From NCBI RefSeq assembly GCF_004010195.1, contig NC_057718.1, positions 99,121,780-99,185,779 on the forward strand: a DNA stretch of 64,000 nt, in the 5' to 3' direction. A program made the translations under genes and the position numbers. Each line of letters begins with the position of its first letter. Positions within the stretch are counted from its first letter, which is position 1. The notes beneath the pieces were generated by a model that did no database searches, was not told the origin of the DNA, and saw only the letters and a program-made list of their open reading frames with translations. This DNA comes from Chiloscyllium plagiosum (taxonomy: Eukaryota). This document shows positions 11,384-24,547 of the stretch, piece after piece.

Positions 11384-11996
11384 CTATAAGTTACAAAGCA
11401 AGTTTGTGTATTTATGTGTATATCTAGCAGTGTATAAATATATTTGAAATGTGCAATCAATGAGCACGTATCTTTCATTCTCTGAAACTGCCATTGTGAA
11501 AGTCAGATATTTGTCTCTATTTGTGTTTCCTCAATATCTATTATTTTTTAGGTTATTCTTTGTTCACAATTGAGTTTGAGCAAAGTCTTTGTAGCTTGCC
11601 TAACGACCCAGCAGGTGAATGGGCCACATGCTGTGAGGTGCATGAGGCAATTAGACCAAAAAGGTCACCAGTTCGATCCTCAGTCTGTGTTGAGTTAATT
11701 GATCGCAGTCCTGATAAGGAAACAATGGGGGAATTTAAATTGGCTTCAATGGTTTGGGACAGAGAGTGAAAAGGAAAACTAACCCAGTGTTTCCACTGCT
11801 GGTAATCACGTGGTAACACCAAATCAGAACAGGGTTGGACTTTGTTATATGGCCTCTCAGGAGAGTAGTAGTTTCACTCCATGGTCTCACCACTTCAACA
11901 CAGTAATCTGTAATAGAACTGTACTGCCCTCTGACACTGGAATCTCAAAGATGAGCTGAAAATCAGACTGGAATATGAACAAATTTACATTGCAAT

Positions 11997-12445
11997 ATGG
12001 ATTGGAGGACTTGAGCTACAGGGAGAGGCTGAATAGGCTGGGGCTGTTTTCCCTGGAGTGTCAGAGGCTGAGGGGTGACCTTATAGAGATTTATAAAATC
12101 ATGAAGGGAATGGATAGGGTGAATAGACCAGGTCTTTTCCTTGGGGTGGGGGAGAACAGAGCTAGAGGGCATAGATTTAGGGTGAGAGGAATAAAAATTT
12201 AAAAGCGACCTAAGGGGCAACTTTTTTACGCAGACAGTGGTGCGTATGTGGAATGAGTTGCCAGAGGAAGTGGTGGAGGCTGGTACAATTACAATATTTA
12301 AAAGACATCTGGATGGGTATATGAATTGGAAGGATTTAGTGGGAAGTGGGCCAAGTGCTAGCAATGGAACTAGATTGGGTTGGGGCAGTATGGACGAGTT
12401 GGACCGAAGGGTCTGTTTCCGTGCTGTACACATCTCAATGATGTA
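11997..12445 (+). mobile_element. CR1/HER1 LINE 3' fragment
   Basis: LEDLSYRERLNRLGLFSLE..RLRGDLIEIYKIMKG and WNELPEEVVEAG; 3' UTR GGACCGAAGGGTCTGTTTCCGTGCTGTA. Confidence 0.88.
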
Positions 12446-13321
12446 GCAGTAGAAATAGACCATTCAGTCTGCTCTATCATTCACTGAGATCATGGCTAAT
12501 CCAATAACCCTCAACACTACTTTCCTGCCTTTACCCTATAACCCATGATTCCTTTACTGTTTAAAAATCTATCTCAGCCTTGAATACACTTAACGATCCA
12601 ACCTCAACAGCCCTCTGTGCTAAAGAACTCCATGGACCCTCAGAAAAGAAATTCCTCTTTTATCTCTATTTTAAATGGGTGACCCTTTTTTAATGAATCT
12701 AATGAAATACATGGATAACCTCCAGCCACAGTGCTGGGGCGGGGGGGGAGGATAAATCATTTGAGAGGAAGCTGCTGAATCCATTTTGAAATATCTTAGA
12801 CCACCATTTTAAAAAAATCATTTTGTGATCATGCTGCATTATGTAAGATGTGAATAAATATTAGCCACACAGTCATTAAACAACATTGTAATTTAGGATT
12901 CTCTTTCTGTTTAAAAGGATGAGTTATTTATTGAATAGTTCCACATATTTTAAACTTTACTTTTCATTCTCACCATCATGTTCTGTTGCTTCCTTTGCTT
13001 AGCATGGTTTTCAAACAAACTAACATGGGCCATACAGAGACTTGCAAAAGCCAGGAAATCCTCTCAGATCAGACGTGGCCATTTTAGTTTGCATATCTTC
13101 TTGACTGGCATGACTGAGTGAGCTGAGTTTCCACTTTAATTTTCTCTTATGAACTGTTTAGAGCAATATTTCTTCAGACATTGATGTTGCACTGAACAGA
13201 GTCAGTTTTTATATCCTTTCCTGGGATGTGAGCGATTCTGGTCATCCCTAACTGTCCTTGAAATGGGATGGTGAGTCACCTTTTTGAACCATTTCAGTCG
13301 TGGTTTGCCCAAATGTCAAGA

Positions 13322-13608
13322 GAGGAGGAAAACTTCTTCAAGGCAGGCATCCTTGCAAGAGGATTTGCAGTAGGGTTAAAATCAACTAGGTAAAAACAAG
13401 GACTGCAGATGCTGGAAACCAGAGTCTAGATTAGAGTGGTGCTGGAAAGGCACAGCAGGTCAGACAACATCCGAGGAGCAGGAAAATTGACGTTTCGGGC
13501 AAAAGCCCTTCATCAGGAATAAGGACTTTTGCCCAAAAAGTCGATTTTCCTGCTCCTCGGATGCTGCCTGACCTGCTGTGCTTTTCCAGCACCACTCTAA
13601 TCTAGATT
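13322..13608. mobile_element. Penelope-like fold-back insertion, family B
   Basis: Inverted arms ~13422-13503 and ~13526-13608; minus-strand hammerhead core at 13483-13520. Confidence 0.8.
13483..13520 (-). ncRNA. Minimal type-I hammerhead ribozyme motif (PLE family B)
   Basis: ATTC-CTGATGA-A-GGGC-TTTT-GCCC-GAAA-C-G-TC: all core residues present, with a palindromic ACGU in place of helix III. Confidence 0.65.
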
Positions 13609-13754
13609 CTGTTCAGATGTCAGTGGGTCTGGAGTCAATGTATACCAGACTTGGTAAAGATGGAAGATTTCCTCCCCTGAAGAATATCAGTGCATCAGTT
13701 AAAACCAGCAATTGACAAGAGTTTAATGTTACCTTTTTATTTTGTAGAGGGGCC

Positions 13755-14066
13755 GAGTGGTATAATCGCTGGACTGTTGCAGAAAACCAGGAAATGTTCT
13801 GGGGATCGGAGTTTGAATCCCACTGTAATGATGACCATCAAGCCATTGTTGATTGTCAGAAAAGCCCATCTGGTTCACTAATGTCCTTCTGTGAAGGAAA
13901 TAATCTAAAAAATAAATTGCCATCCTCACCTGATCTGGCCTACATGTGACTCCAGACCCACAGCAATGTGGTTGACCGTTAATTGCCTTCTGGGCAATTA
14001 AGGATGGTCAATAAATGCTGGCCCAGACAGTGACGCCTATATCCCATGAATGAATAAAAATAAAAA
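13755..14066 (+). mobile_element. tRNA-derived SINE with LINE-derived tail (related copies ~30015-30180, ~36380-36670), nested in an opposite-strand copy (~13620-14180)
   Basis: GTGGTATAATCGCTGGACT...GAGTTTGAATCCCAC head; AAAAGCCCATCTGGTTCACTAATGTCCTT body; ATCCCATGAATGAATAAAAA tail. Confidence 0.6.
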
Positions 14067-14403
14067 TTCAATTTTGATTTGGTTTTAAATTTCATGAACT
14101 ACCGTGGTGGAATTTGAACCACATGTCACAAACTCCAAGCCTGGTCTCTGGTTTACTGGTCCCAGTGATAGTGCCATGATCTGGCTATCTACTTAAATGC
14201 TCAACGTTCTGATTCGAGAACACTATTTGCATCAAGTGCTGAAGAGTTGGCAGTTCAGTATCGTGCAACTGCCTCAGCTTGTGTCTCTGGTCAGATTTCT
14301 TTGTTGCGTGCATTGATAATGGCACTCAATAATGGTTTTCATCACACCTCAATTTTCAGCTCAGCAAACGTCTAAGGGGATAGCTGACTCTCACCTGAAG
14401 AAT

Positions 14404-14506
14404 GGAGAAAGTGAGGACTGTAGATGCTGGAGATCAGAGTCAAAGAGTGTGGTGCTGGAAAAGCACAGCAACCGAGGAGCAGTAGAATTGACATTTCGGG
14501 CATAAG
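14404..14506 (-). mobile_element. Penelope-like fragment, family B
   Basis: GGAGAAAGTGAGGACTGTAGATGCTGGAGATCAGAG...TTGACATTTCGGGCATAAG, truncated inside hammerhead helix II. Confidence 0.75.
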
Positions 14507-14669
14507 GTAGCTAATTGGATACCTTGGAGGCACTTGGACTGCTCTCCTTGGAAAGTTTGAGCAGTGATTTAATCAGGATGTTCATGTGATAGGATTAATA
14601 TGCTACTGGTGGGTCTGAACATAGCAAGTTCAGGATAACTCAACAGTATAAGACAATCAGTATGTTTTA

Positions 14670-15098
14670 TAGAGACAGAGAGATGTACAGCATGGAAACA
14701 GACCCTTCAGTCCAACCCGTCCATGCCGACCAGGTATCCCAACCCAATCTGGTCCCACCTGCCAGCACCTGGCCCATATCCCTCCAAACCCTTCCTATTC
14801 ATATACCCATCCAAATGCCTCTTAAATGTTGCAATTGTACCAGCCTCCACCACGTCCTCCGGCAGCTCATTCCATACACGTACTACCCTCTGTAAAAAAG
14901 TTGCCCCTTATGTATCTTTTATATCTTTCCCCTGTTACCCTAAACCTATGCCCTCTAGTTCTGGACTCTCCAACCACAGGGAAAATACTTTGCCTATTTA
15001 CCCTATCCATGTCCCTCATACTTTTGTAAACCTCTATAAGGTCACCGCTCAGTTCCGACGCTCCAGGGAAAACAGCCCCAGCCTGTTCAGCCTCTCCC
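14670..15098 (-). mobile_element. CR1/HER1 LINE 3' fragment
   Basis: Reverse complement of the 11997-12445 family. Confidence 0.85.
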
Positions 15099-15108
15099 CA
15101 CTAATTGA

Positions 15109-15345
15109 ATGTAGGTTGTATCTTCATGGTATATTCTTTGTGAAATAGCACCACAGAGGCTGGAATCATGTCACCAAGTCATCCTTCAATTTCCACATGG
15201 AGAGTCCTTGACACTGCTCCTGCTCCCTCAGAGCCAGTGTGTCAGAATGTCAGCCAGGGTTCCCTGATTGGACCAGATTAACAGCCCCAATCGGTGAACT
15301 CAGACTCTGAGATCCAGTTGGCTGACCTCTTTGCAATGACTACAC
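15109..15345 (-). mobile_element. Probable solo LTR (related to 27115-27346)
   Basis: TG...CA termini; shares CTCAGAGCCAG and TGTCAGCCA..CCCTGATT..ATTAAC..CCAATC..GAGATCCA blocks with the 27.1-kb copy; no clean TSD. Confidence 0.45.
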
Positions 15346-15979
15346 TTTGCATCTATTCATAATTAACTTTGCATCCCATTTCACCCGGATACTCTCCCCT
15401 CCCACATGTGTTTGTATGATCTATAGTCTACCTGACTGGAATGTCATAAAATTCTGTTTGTTTCACTAAATTCTTTTTAGGAAAGGCCTTTATATGACTC
15501 CAGTTTACAATAATCTGATTGATTATGAAGGGTTAAGAAAGTCACTTAACCAACCAAAAAGTTGGCTCACCACTATCCTTATTGAGGTCAGTTGAACATG
15601 GCTCATTAGTGTTGGCATTATCAATGATGCCCACACCCTGTGAATGAGGAATACATGGAAGGTGGATGTTTCCTCTGACAGAAGTATAGAGCAGTCTCTG
15701 AATAAGGGGTTACCCATTTGGAACTGAGAGGAGGAGACATATCCTCACTTGTACAAGTTTGGAAATATGTTCTGGATGTCGGTTTGCGAACCTTCATCCA
15801 GAACTTCAACCTGAGCTACAAATCTTCTCAAAGGTCGCTGGAAAATATGTACCTGCCCAACTCCCCTACCCCGAGAACCGTGAGTATTTTGTTCTTGTGT
15901 ATATTCAATACTGCAGTGAGGACTTTTTTGCAGGTAATAAGAGGATAGTGTGGGAAGGTAGAAATTAGCTGCAGATTCT

Positions 15980-16235
15980 GATTTAAAAGGGACCTAAGGG
16001 GCAACTGTTTCAAGCAGAAGGTGGTGCGAGTATAGAATGAGCTGCCAGAGGAAGTGGTGGAGGCTGGTGCAATTGCAACATTTAAAAGGCACCTGAATGG
16101 GTATGTGAATGGGAAGGGTTTAGAGGGATATGGGCCAGGTGCTGATAAGTGGGACTAGATTGGGTGGGATATCTGGTCGGCATGGACGGGTTGGACTGAA
16201 GGGTCTGTTTCCGTGCTGTACATCTCTGACTCTAT
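15980..16235 (+). mobile_element. CR1/HER1 LINE 3' fragment
   Basis: GATTTAAAAGGGACCTAAGGGGCAAC...GGGTCTGTTTCCGTGCTGTACATCTCTGACTCT. Confidence 0.85.
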
Positions 16236-19049
16236 TGAATGATAGTAGACTCAAAGGACCAAGTGATCAACTCCTAGTTCCTATGTTCATAAAACTCTTC
16301 CTTTACCCAACAATCTCACTCTGAATTGAAAGTTAAATGATTCTACAGCAATCTGACTTGTGTTCTCCTGTATTTGAGAAATAAAGAATAGATGCTAAAT
16401 TTAATCTCTAAGTGAAGTTTCTGAGTTTGCAACACACCTTTTGCAATATCAGGGTGAAGTGACCTTTGCTTTTACTTTATGCTCTGTTTCCCTGTTGTGA
16501 AATTCCAACAGAAGTTCATTTCATGAAATATTCTGCATCCCACAAAACAATAGGAAGGAACAGGAACAGATCAAAATCCTCAAAAGGTGGGCAAATGAGT
16601 GAAGGAAAATAATACAGATGCTGGAAATCCTGAATACAAAATAGAAAATGCTGGGAACACACTGTGGGTCTGACAATTTCTGTCACCATTGATAGGGCTC
16701 TGTTGAACTATCTCTTGCAAGTATTTTACTCCCGCAGGGGAAAAAGAAACTTATGGGTCAACATATGGCCAAATACAAAAGAAAATCACAGGCAGCAATA
16801 CCTGTGGGTTGACAATACCCGTCCGATAATACTTTGTGCTTTCCTTATTTCTTCCCCTCTCTGTGATCATTGAGCGTGGACATGTGCTGACTGCACTTGA
16901 GCAGAAAGGCAGCACATTGCTTTAGGAGGATGCAGTTTTCAAAGCCATGTGTCCTCACCCATTCTCTTGGGTCAGCTTAAAAGTTGTCAATGCAAATTTG
17001 AATAGAATCCAAAGAGAAGAGAATGATTCTGATCAATATGTATGGAGTTCCCCAGAACAATAACTTTTCTGTCCTCCCTCAAATCAGAACAGCTGCAATG
17101 TTCTATTTGCCCCTCATTTGCTATTGTAAGCCATGAACTTTTATAGAGAGGGAGTGAAAGAGAGATAAGCCAATTGAAAGTGTTGCTCTAATAATTGTTT
17201 GACATTTGTATGTAGCGACAGAAGGGAATTAATGAGAGCTTTGAATCTAAAGTTGAAGAAAGTCAATCTTATTGTTGCTTGACTAGTCTTTGCATTTAAA
17301 AGATCTGTCACGGGTGCAAGCTGACTGTATCGTTTCTTTAATGTAGAATCGCTCTCCAAAAAAATGCAAAGAACAGTATCAAATATTGGATTGGCGGGGG
17401 GAGGTTGGAGTGTGGATTTCAGAAGCTGTGTAATTCACTAAGCTGTGATGTGAATGGAGTCTCTATCGAAGTAAACTCTGCAAATGATGCAAACACAAGA
17501 AACAACAAACAGCAATAAAAAGGGAGGATGGAACTGCTGATAGAGGATGAAAGGTACTTTTTGTTTGACACCTGCCACACAAGGTACAGATAAATTGGTG
17601 CTCTTACAAGCTATACTTCACGATTTTTAAAAAAAGCCACAAAGCAAACTTGTTTGAAAGTCGAAAGTTTACAGAACTTTAATAAAAACAAATTAATTGA
17701 AGGTTGTCTTCCTGCTGCTTCTTAAATGTAAATAAGTCTTAACATAATTGTAAACAAAATAAATTGACATTGTTTCTCTAATATCAGGACATGATCGCAG
17801 TTGACTCTCAAAATAACAGTCAGAAATGAAAACAAAGTAAAATATAACACTTTGGATTTTAGTTCCCGGTTTCCAGCTGGTTTAAATTCCGCTCAGCAAC
17901 GAACGATATATGATGGAAAGTTTCTTTTTAAAATTTAATCCAGAGTTACCTGTCACAATTTTTGCAAATGTACATAATGCAGGAGGGCTGTCAGATCTAT
18001 TAACATTCTTTGACATAACTGCTTCTAGCATCTTATCTTCCAATGTTGCTGTTGTCTATAGAATCACAGAAAAGGTTTTAACAATGATCACATACTGCCT
18101 TTGTTTCAGTTGTTGGTGTGGTTTAAATCAGAGCCACTGTACCCAGTATAATACAAGGGAGAATTGCTATTGTCTTGTTACTGGAGGGGCAAAGGATGAA
18201 AAAGCTTTTCTGCGTTTCTTTGTGTGCAGTGCAAAGGCGACTGGAAGTTGAATGATGAGGGCAGTGATAGTTCGTGTCTCCACAGCCAAAGAATCCTGTG
18301 TGGGTGTGTGTAGTAGACTGGTCAATAGGCACTGGATGTCAAATTTCTAGACAAAGGCCAGGCTGTATCAGGAACCCTGTCTGCTGCGAGACGGATGGGG
18401 AAAATACATTGTTTATTTTCATCAAAAACTGCTGGTCCAGATAAGCGAGATGGAACATTAGTAAAACAGCCAATGTTCTTAAGTTTTACACTTATTCAGT
18501 ACATGATAAGGACCATAGATCTCAGCTCATGGTGGGCAGGAGGGGAAAACAAAAAATATTGGAATAATGGGCGCCACACAATAATACCTCGACATCAAGG
18601 TATGTGTCAGTCTTAAAGCACCCGGAAATCATTCTAAAGGTTGGTGGGGAACTTGAACACCGAGCAAAGAAGGTGAAGTGCTGGTGTGGTTATCGCCGAA
18701 TTGAAATCTTGAGAAAGAAGATAAACAGTAGAAATTCATTGGAGCGAAATTTAACGTAATGTGCAAATGAAGCAAGGCTGATGTGAGTAACAACTTTGTC
18801 ACACAGTGATTGTTTAGGGTATGGAATGCACTGCTGGGGAATGTGGTGGAGGCAGGTTCAATTGAGGCATTTGAGTGCATTGGGTGATTATTTCGATAGA
18901 ATTAGTGCAAAGTAATGGAAAGAAAAATGCAGGACACTGGCACTAGGTAACCAGGAAAGACTTGATGGGTCGAAGGGCCTCTTTCTCCAGCATAAAAGTT
19001 CTCTGGTTACATGCTTGGAGCACAGTTCACTGAATAAATAAAAAATGCC

Positions 19050-20150
19050 TTTAATCACAGTTAAACCTATCGAATTCATTGTCTTCATCGTCCATAACCA
19101 AGATCTTATGGATATCATTCAGGGTCACTTTGGAAATGGTGTCATCGTAAGGCTCCCATTCTGGATCAGATTTTGTGCTTTTGGCTTCAAAATCATGTCT
19201 CCACCACAAGACATCTTCCTGCCACTCTACTGAATGAAGCCTTCTGCATTGTTTGAACAATCCGTGGTAGTGTCTATTCCAAAAACCTCCCACAATTGGA
19301 TGTCAAAACCAAACAAAATCTGAAGTCACATGACACCGGGTTATAGTCCAACAGGTCTATTTGAACTCACAAGCTTTTGGAGCACTGCTCCAAGTCAGGT
19401 GAAGTCCATCATCCAATCTGACCACGGCTGATCATCCAACTCAGTACCATGTTCCTATTTTCTCCTTTGATCCCTTTAGGCCTAAGAACTATATCTAACT
19501 ATATATGTCGAAAGAGCAGTGCTCTGAAAGCTTGTGATATCAAATAAACCTGTTGGTCTATAACCTGGTATCGTGTGACTTCTGATGTCATCTATCCCAG
19601 TCCGACACCGGCACCTCCACATCATGAAAACAAAATATCAAGCTGACAGCATTCCTGTTTCCTCTCTTTTGGGAAGGCTTTTTCCAAACCTTATCAATCC
19701 ATAACTTCACTCCATCTTATGTAATATGTAATATGTCTTTGAAATATGTAAGAACCCAAGGCAGGGAACTTCATTTTTTTGCTAAGGTTTTATGTTTGAT
19801 AATGACCGTAGATTTTAATTTTGTTCTGTTGGCCGTGCAGACCTGTACCCTTGTGAATCTTGTCTACACACGTCCTGGTGTTTTCACTCCATGGTTCAGT
19901 TGCTGGGGATGTTGAAACTGACAGGCGTTTCAACCACATTCTTATGTGATTTCATGGGCACTTGTGTTTTTGTCGCCATTTGCTGGAAATTGATTCTTTC
20001 GCCATTGGGGCCTTTTGATAAGTCTCTGAGTGATCCTTCTGGACTTTTTATTATGTTCTATGAAGTAGGTACAGCATCTGTCTGTTGCTGCAAAGCCTTT
20101 TGTAGGATTCGTGGTTGGATCTGATCTTTTTAAGTGTGTCATATATTTGA
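19050..20150 (-). pseudogene. Decayed pogo/Tigger-family (POGK-like, DDE_1) transposase, interrupted by later insertions
   Basis: Manual minus-strand translation of 19980-19750 gives NVVETPVSFNIPSN*TME*K and TRFTRVQVCTANRTKLKSTVIIKHKTL..MKFP, resembling pogo NMDETP..FD.PSNRT and RFTVVLAC.ADGTKL..MVIFKRKT.PK.KFP. Acidic C-terminus QEDVLW...DDEDNEFDRF at 19290-19050. Stops and frameshifts throughout. Confidence 0.65.
19321..19625. mobile_element. Penelope-like inverted pair (family A variant, GAAAGCTT) enclosing a CR1 tail fragment
   Basis: Arms ~19321-19402 and ~19510-19590 are reverse complements (GTTATAGTCCAACAGG / CCTGTTGGTCTATAAC). Confidence 0.7.
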
Positions 20151-20395
20151 TGAATTAGCAAACAGAGTCATACAGCACAAGAACAGACCCATTAGTCCAA
20201 CTCATCAATGCTGACCAAGTTTCCCAAACGAAACTAGTTCCAGTTGCCTGCATTTGGCCCTGATGTGACATTTTGCTAGAGATCAGTTTCAAACTTTGGT
20301 TCATTGGAAGGCCCTTTTCTGTTAGTTCCCCATCAACAGGCAGTCTGTTGTGTGTGGGCATCCCCTAATCTCCTTTGCAACACTTACAGTATTGC

Positions 20396-20525
20396 TTCCT
20401 GATGAAAGGCTTATGTCCGAAATGCTGATTCTCCTGCTCCCCGGGTGCTGCCTGACCGGCTGTGCTTTTCCAGCGCCACACTTTTGACTCTGATCTCCAG
20501 CATCTGCAGTCCCTCAACTTTCTCT
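20396..20525 (+). mobile_element. Penelope-like fragment, family B
   Basis: TTCCTGATGAAAGGCTTATGTCCGAAATG...CTGATCTCCAGCATCTGCAGTCCCTCAACTTTCTC. Confidence 0.78.
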
Positions 20526-20578
20526 TAACACTTTCAGTGTTACCTACCTCTATCCCATGCATCCGTTTATAAGGACCA

Positions 20579-20776
20579 AATGAGGACTGCAGGTGCTGGA
20601 GAGTCAGAGTTGAAAAGGTGTTGCTGGAAAAGCACAGCAGGTCAGGCAGCATCTAAGGAGCAGGAGAGTCGACATTTCGGGCATAAGCCTGATGAAGGGG
20701 TAATGCCCAAAACATTGACTCTCCTGCTTCTCGGTTCCTGCCTGATTTGCTGTGCTTTTCCAGCATCACTGTTTTG
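20579..20776. mobile_element. Penelope-like fold-back insertion, family B
   Basis: Inverted arms meeting at ~20687/20688 (GGGCATAAG|CCTGATGAAGGG). Confidence 0.78.
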
Positions 20777-23200
20777 GACTTCCATTTATAAGACATCAGT
20801 CACTGTGGGGTGAAAATTGATAATGATTACAAATGTGAGTACAGCATATTGTGGCTGAAAAAGGGACTCAACTTGGATGTAAAAGTATAATTATGGGGGT
20901 TCTGGAAAAATGGGGTTTTCTTATCCAAAAATCACCTTATTGACCATGATCTACTTTGGATCTCCGATGTCAACATTCTTCAATATGAAAGCTAATGACT
21001 TGTGCATATTGGAGTCTTTGCAACTTTTGTAAACTAAATTATGAAGGTATTGGATAATTCTGCGTTTTTCCAATATTTGTTTCATTGTGCTTTATCTTAT
21101 CCTCATGTCTAAAGCTCGGGCAGGACATCCTGCAGCTTGATGCTAAGTTGTACCCTAATCCGTCAATTCTGAATCTTCTGTCTAGTTGTCCTTTTTTTTC
21201 AAGCTGTGACATCGGAGCTATCATCTCTGACTTCTTTAGCATTTCTACTCACAACTGCACACAAGTACAATCATGTGCGAAGCACATGTAAATGTCATGT
21301 TTCACCTTCCCTTTGTATAAAATGAGCTGTTAAATATACTTTCAAATATGTTCAATCCAGGCTAGACAGAGGATGAAGGTTGTAAGATTTTTTTAAACAA
21401 ACCAAAGTGTTTGTGTAGTCTCAAACCAGTTTGAAGTGGGTGTGAGTTCATAACATGTAATTGCTCCTAATTTAACCCTAATTATATGCTTCACTCAGAT
21501 GCCACAGAAAGACAGTGAGTGTGGGAAAAAGAAAGAAATGTTACACTGGTCCAGTCAGGTTTATTCCACTGAAGTGAGGATTAAGAGATGCATTTGCTGT
21601 ATTGACAAGAAATCTGTGTTTCACTAAATTGATTTAACTGACATGAAAATATTTGCGGTGATTACTCATGTGTTAAATAATATGCCAATTCCCCAACATT
21701 CCTAACTCTCATTTAAACTCTCTCCTCCTTTCTCCTGCAGTCTCCCACTTCCACAAACATAGGATGGTTCTAAGGAACTGTGCAATGTCATTCCATTTTA
21801 TTATTGACTCCATGTTCTCATTTACACTGGGTGGAAGAAAGTGGCTCGACATGTTAGCCTGCTTTCTCTCTGTAAATGCTGCCTTACCCTCCAATATTCC
21901 TTATTTTCAGTGCAGATTCCAGCATCTGCAGTAACTTCCTCTAACTGAGTGGAAATTTTGTCTTAACCAAAATCATTTTTCACAGGCTAATTCTTGTCTG
22001 GACTAAGTATTTAAGCAAAGCTAGTTGCAGGATCTCGGGTAGATTTTCTTTTAACCTCATGTTGTATTGTCACACTTAAGACCTAGATACGACTCAAACT
22101 TTCCAGTACTTTGGCTACTTAGCCATGTGGTTGTGTGTGAAGAGGCAGCAGTATGAATTCTGAGAGTTGAGGTGTCGGAGGATTGATATCACTATTCACT
22201 GGTGGGAGGGAGAATACATGATGTCACTTGCAGTTGCACAATAATGTCTTGCAATTATATCGCACCTTTTATTTTAAATGTAGTAAAACATGCTTTATAG
22301 GAGTGTTGCCAAATAAAATTTGACATTGGGCCACATAAGATATTAGGTCAGAACAAAAGCTTGGTCTAACAGGTAGGTCTTTAAGGAGGAGAGAGAGAGA
22401 GGTGGAGAGGTTTAATGAGGGAATTCCAAAACTTAGATCCTTTAGCTGCTAGGGGCAGAGTCATTGAAAATAGAGGATGCACTGAGAAATTCTGGGAATA
22501 AACAGATAAGTTTCAATTGGCCTGACAGGGATTTTTTCCTTGTCACTGACATCTCTTCAATATGCATTTGGTCTAGGCTTACTAGAACAGACAGTTTTTC
22601 AAGGGCGAGAAAGGTACTACTCAACATTTGGGATTGAAAAATCCACAATTTAAGAATCTCAAGAATTTACATTCAAGTTGGAAGAGAAACTGAATGATTA
22701 AAGGCAGTTATTTACAGGTATGTGCAAATTGTGGCTTCCAAGAACTGGTTGTAACATGTTTCTAAAGATTGATATTGAAGTTATAAATTTTCATCTCTTG
22801 AAATATAAAGATGTATGTCTTACTTGAGTTATGTTATCAGTTTTACTGCAGAACTGAAATACATTTTAAAAGCAAATATTTTTCTTTTCCTTGATCTGTT
22901 CTCCAGATGAATAATAGTAATGCTGGGGAAAGGAGTGTGTTATCAAAAGGAAGTATTGACATCAAACACGCCCAGTGTCAGGTATAATTAACTATATGTA
23001 AATTGTGTTTAACTGTGGCAGGTGTGGGCATGAACTGGGGAATCCAGCTTGTGCCCATATAAGTAGATACACAAAAGATGGTAGTGTCCTCACCTCTGAC
23101 ACAAAAGGTCTGGATTCAAGGATTCAAGTCATGGTTATGCAGATGTGTTGTAACATGTCAAAGCAGAATGATCAAAACAAAATGTCAGTAGACACTAAAA

Positions 23201-23320
23201 ACTGAAGAAAGGTCACTGGATTCTAAATGTTGACTTTGCTTTCTCGAACAGATGCTGCCAGACCTGCTGTGTTTCTCCAGTAATTTCTGTTTTTGTTTCC
23301 GATCTTCAGTATCCACAGTT
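23201..23320 (+). mobile_element. Penelope-like fragment, family C (older)
   Basis: CTGAAGAAAGGTCACTGGATTC..CAGATGCTGCCAGACCTGCTG..TTTCTCCAG; related to 36730-36918 and 39885-39980. Confidence 0.6.
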
Positions 23321-23621
23321 CTGTGAAACTGTTGTCGTTGGTTTACATGTAACTGTTCCGTCACTGGATAAATAAATACCTATTCCAGTGTTTTAAGATT
23401 GTACCTGTTGCGTAAAAAGGAACCTCCATTGGAACTCCAGGTGATCATTTCTCCCTATGAAGCCAGTATTGCTACAAACACATTCCCAATATTGTCAGCC
23501 AGCTCTGTTATTAACACTCTCATCTCTTGAGTCAGAAAGTTGTGGGATCAAGCAAACATCAAGATTGATATGCTAGTGTAGTATTATGGGAGTGCTGTCC
23601 CGGTGAAAGTGCTGCCTTCAG

Positions 23622-23968
23622 AATTACAGAATCCCTACAGTGTGGAAGCAGGCCATTCAGCCCACACTGACCCTCTGGGGGAGTATCCCAGGCGGACCCA
23701 GACCCTTACTCCATCCCTGTAACTCTGCGTTTCCTGTGGCTAATTTCCATTAGCCTGCACATCCTGGACATTATGGGCAATTTAGCATGGCCAATTCACC
23801 TCACCTGTACATCTTTGGACTGTGGGAGAAAACGGCAGCACCCGGAGGAAATCCACGCAGACACGGGGAGAACGTGCAAACTCCACACAGTCGCCCAAGG
23901 CTAGAATCGAACCCGGGTTCTTGGTGCTGTGAGGCAGCAGTATTAACCACTAACCATTGTGCTGCCCC
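23622..23968 (-). mobile_element. HE1-like V-SINE
   Basis: Reverse-complement A/B boxes, V-domain and CR1-like tail. Confidence 0.85.
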
Positions 23969-24547
23969 AAGTCCTTGCAATCGTCTTCCTGAAAATGCAG
24001 TGGAATCAGAATCCCTAGATATTTCCAAGCCAGGGTGAATGGATTCTTGTTAAGCAAGGGAGTAATAGACTGAGAGGTAATCAGATCATGTGTGATCTTA
24101 TTAACTGGTGGAGCAGGCTCAGGGGGCCGAATGGCCTCCTCTTGCCCCTGATTTGTTTATTTGTATGTAATTCTCACCATATAAGTGGCAAAGTTAGAGA
24201 CAAAGCAAGTGTATTAATAATAATTTAGGGAGCGTTGCTCTCATCAGTGGGTAAAGTAACAAAACTAAAATATTTCACCTATTTGAAAGCATTTATTACA
24301 TAGAAGCCAGAGAACTGGTTACTTCAATGTAGGGAATTAATGGTAACTCAAAGACTTTTGCCTTCTGTATGAAAATAAGAGTATTGCATTTAAGGGTAAA
24401 TCATCTGCACCTTCTGCAAATCCTGCCTTTACAAACTTGAATTCTTTTGTCAGATTATACAAGCAGGGACTCCCTGATTTGTGAACATCCAATTTACACA
24501 CGTGATCCTTGACGGGGTGGGGGGGTATAATTTTAAACATCTGACCT

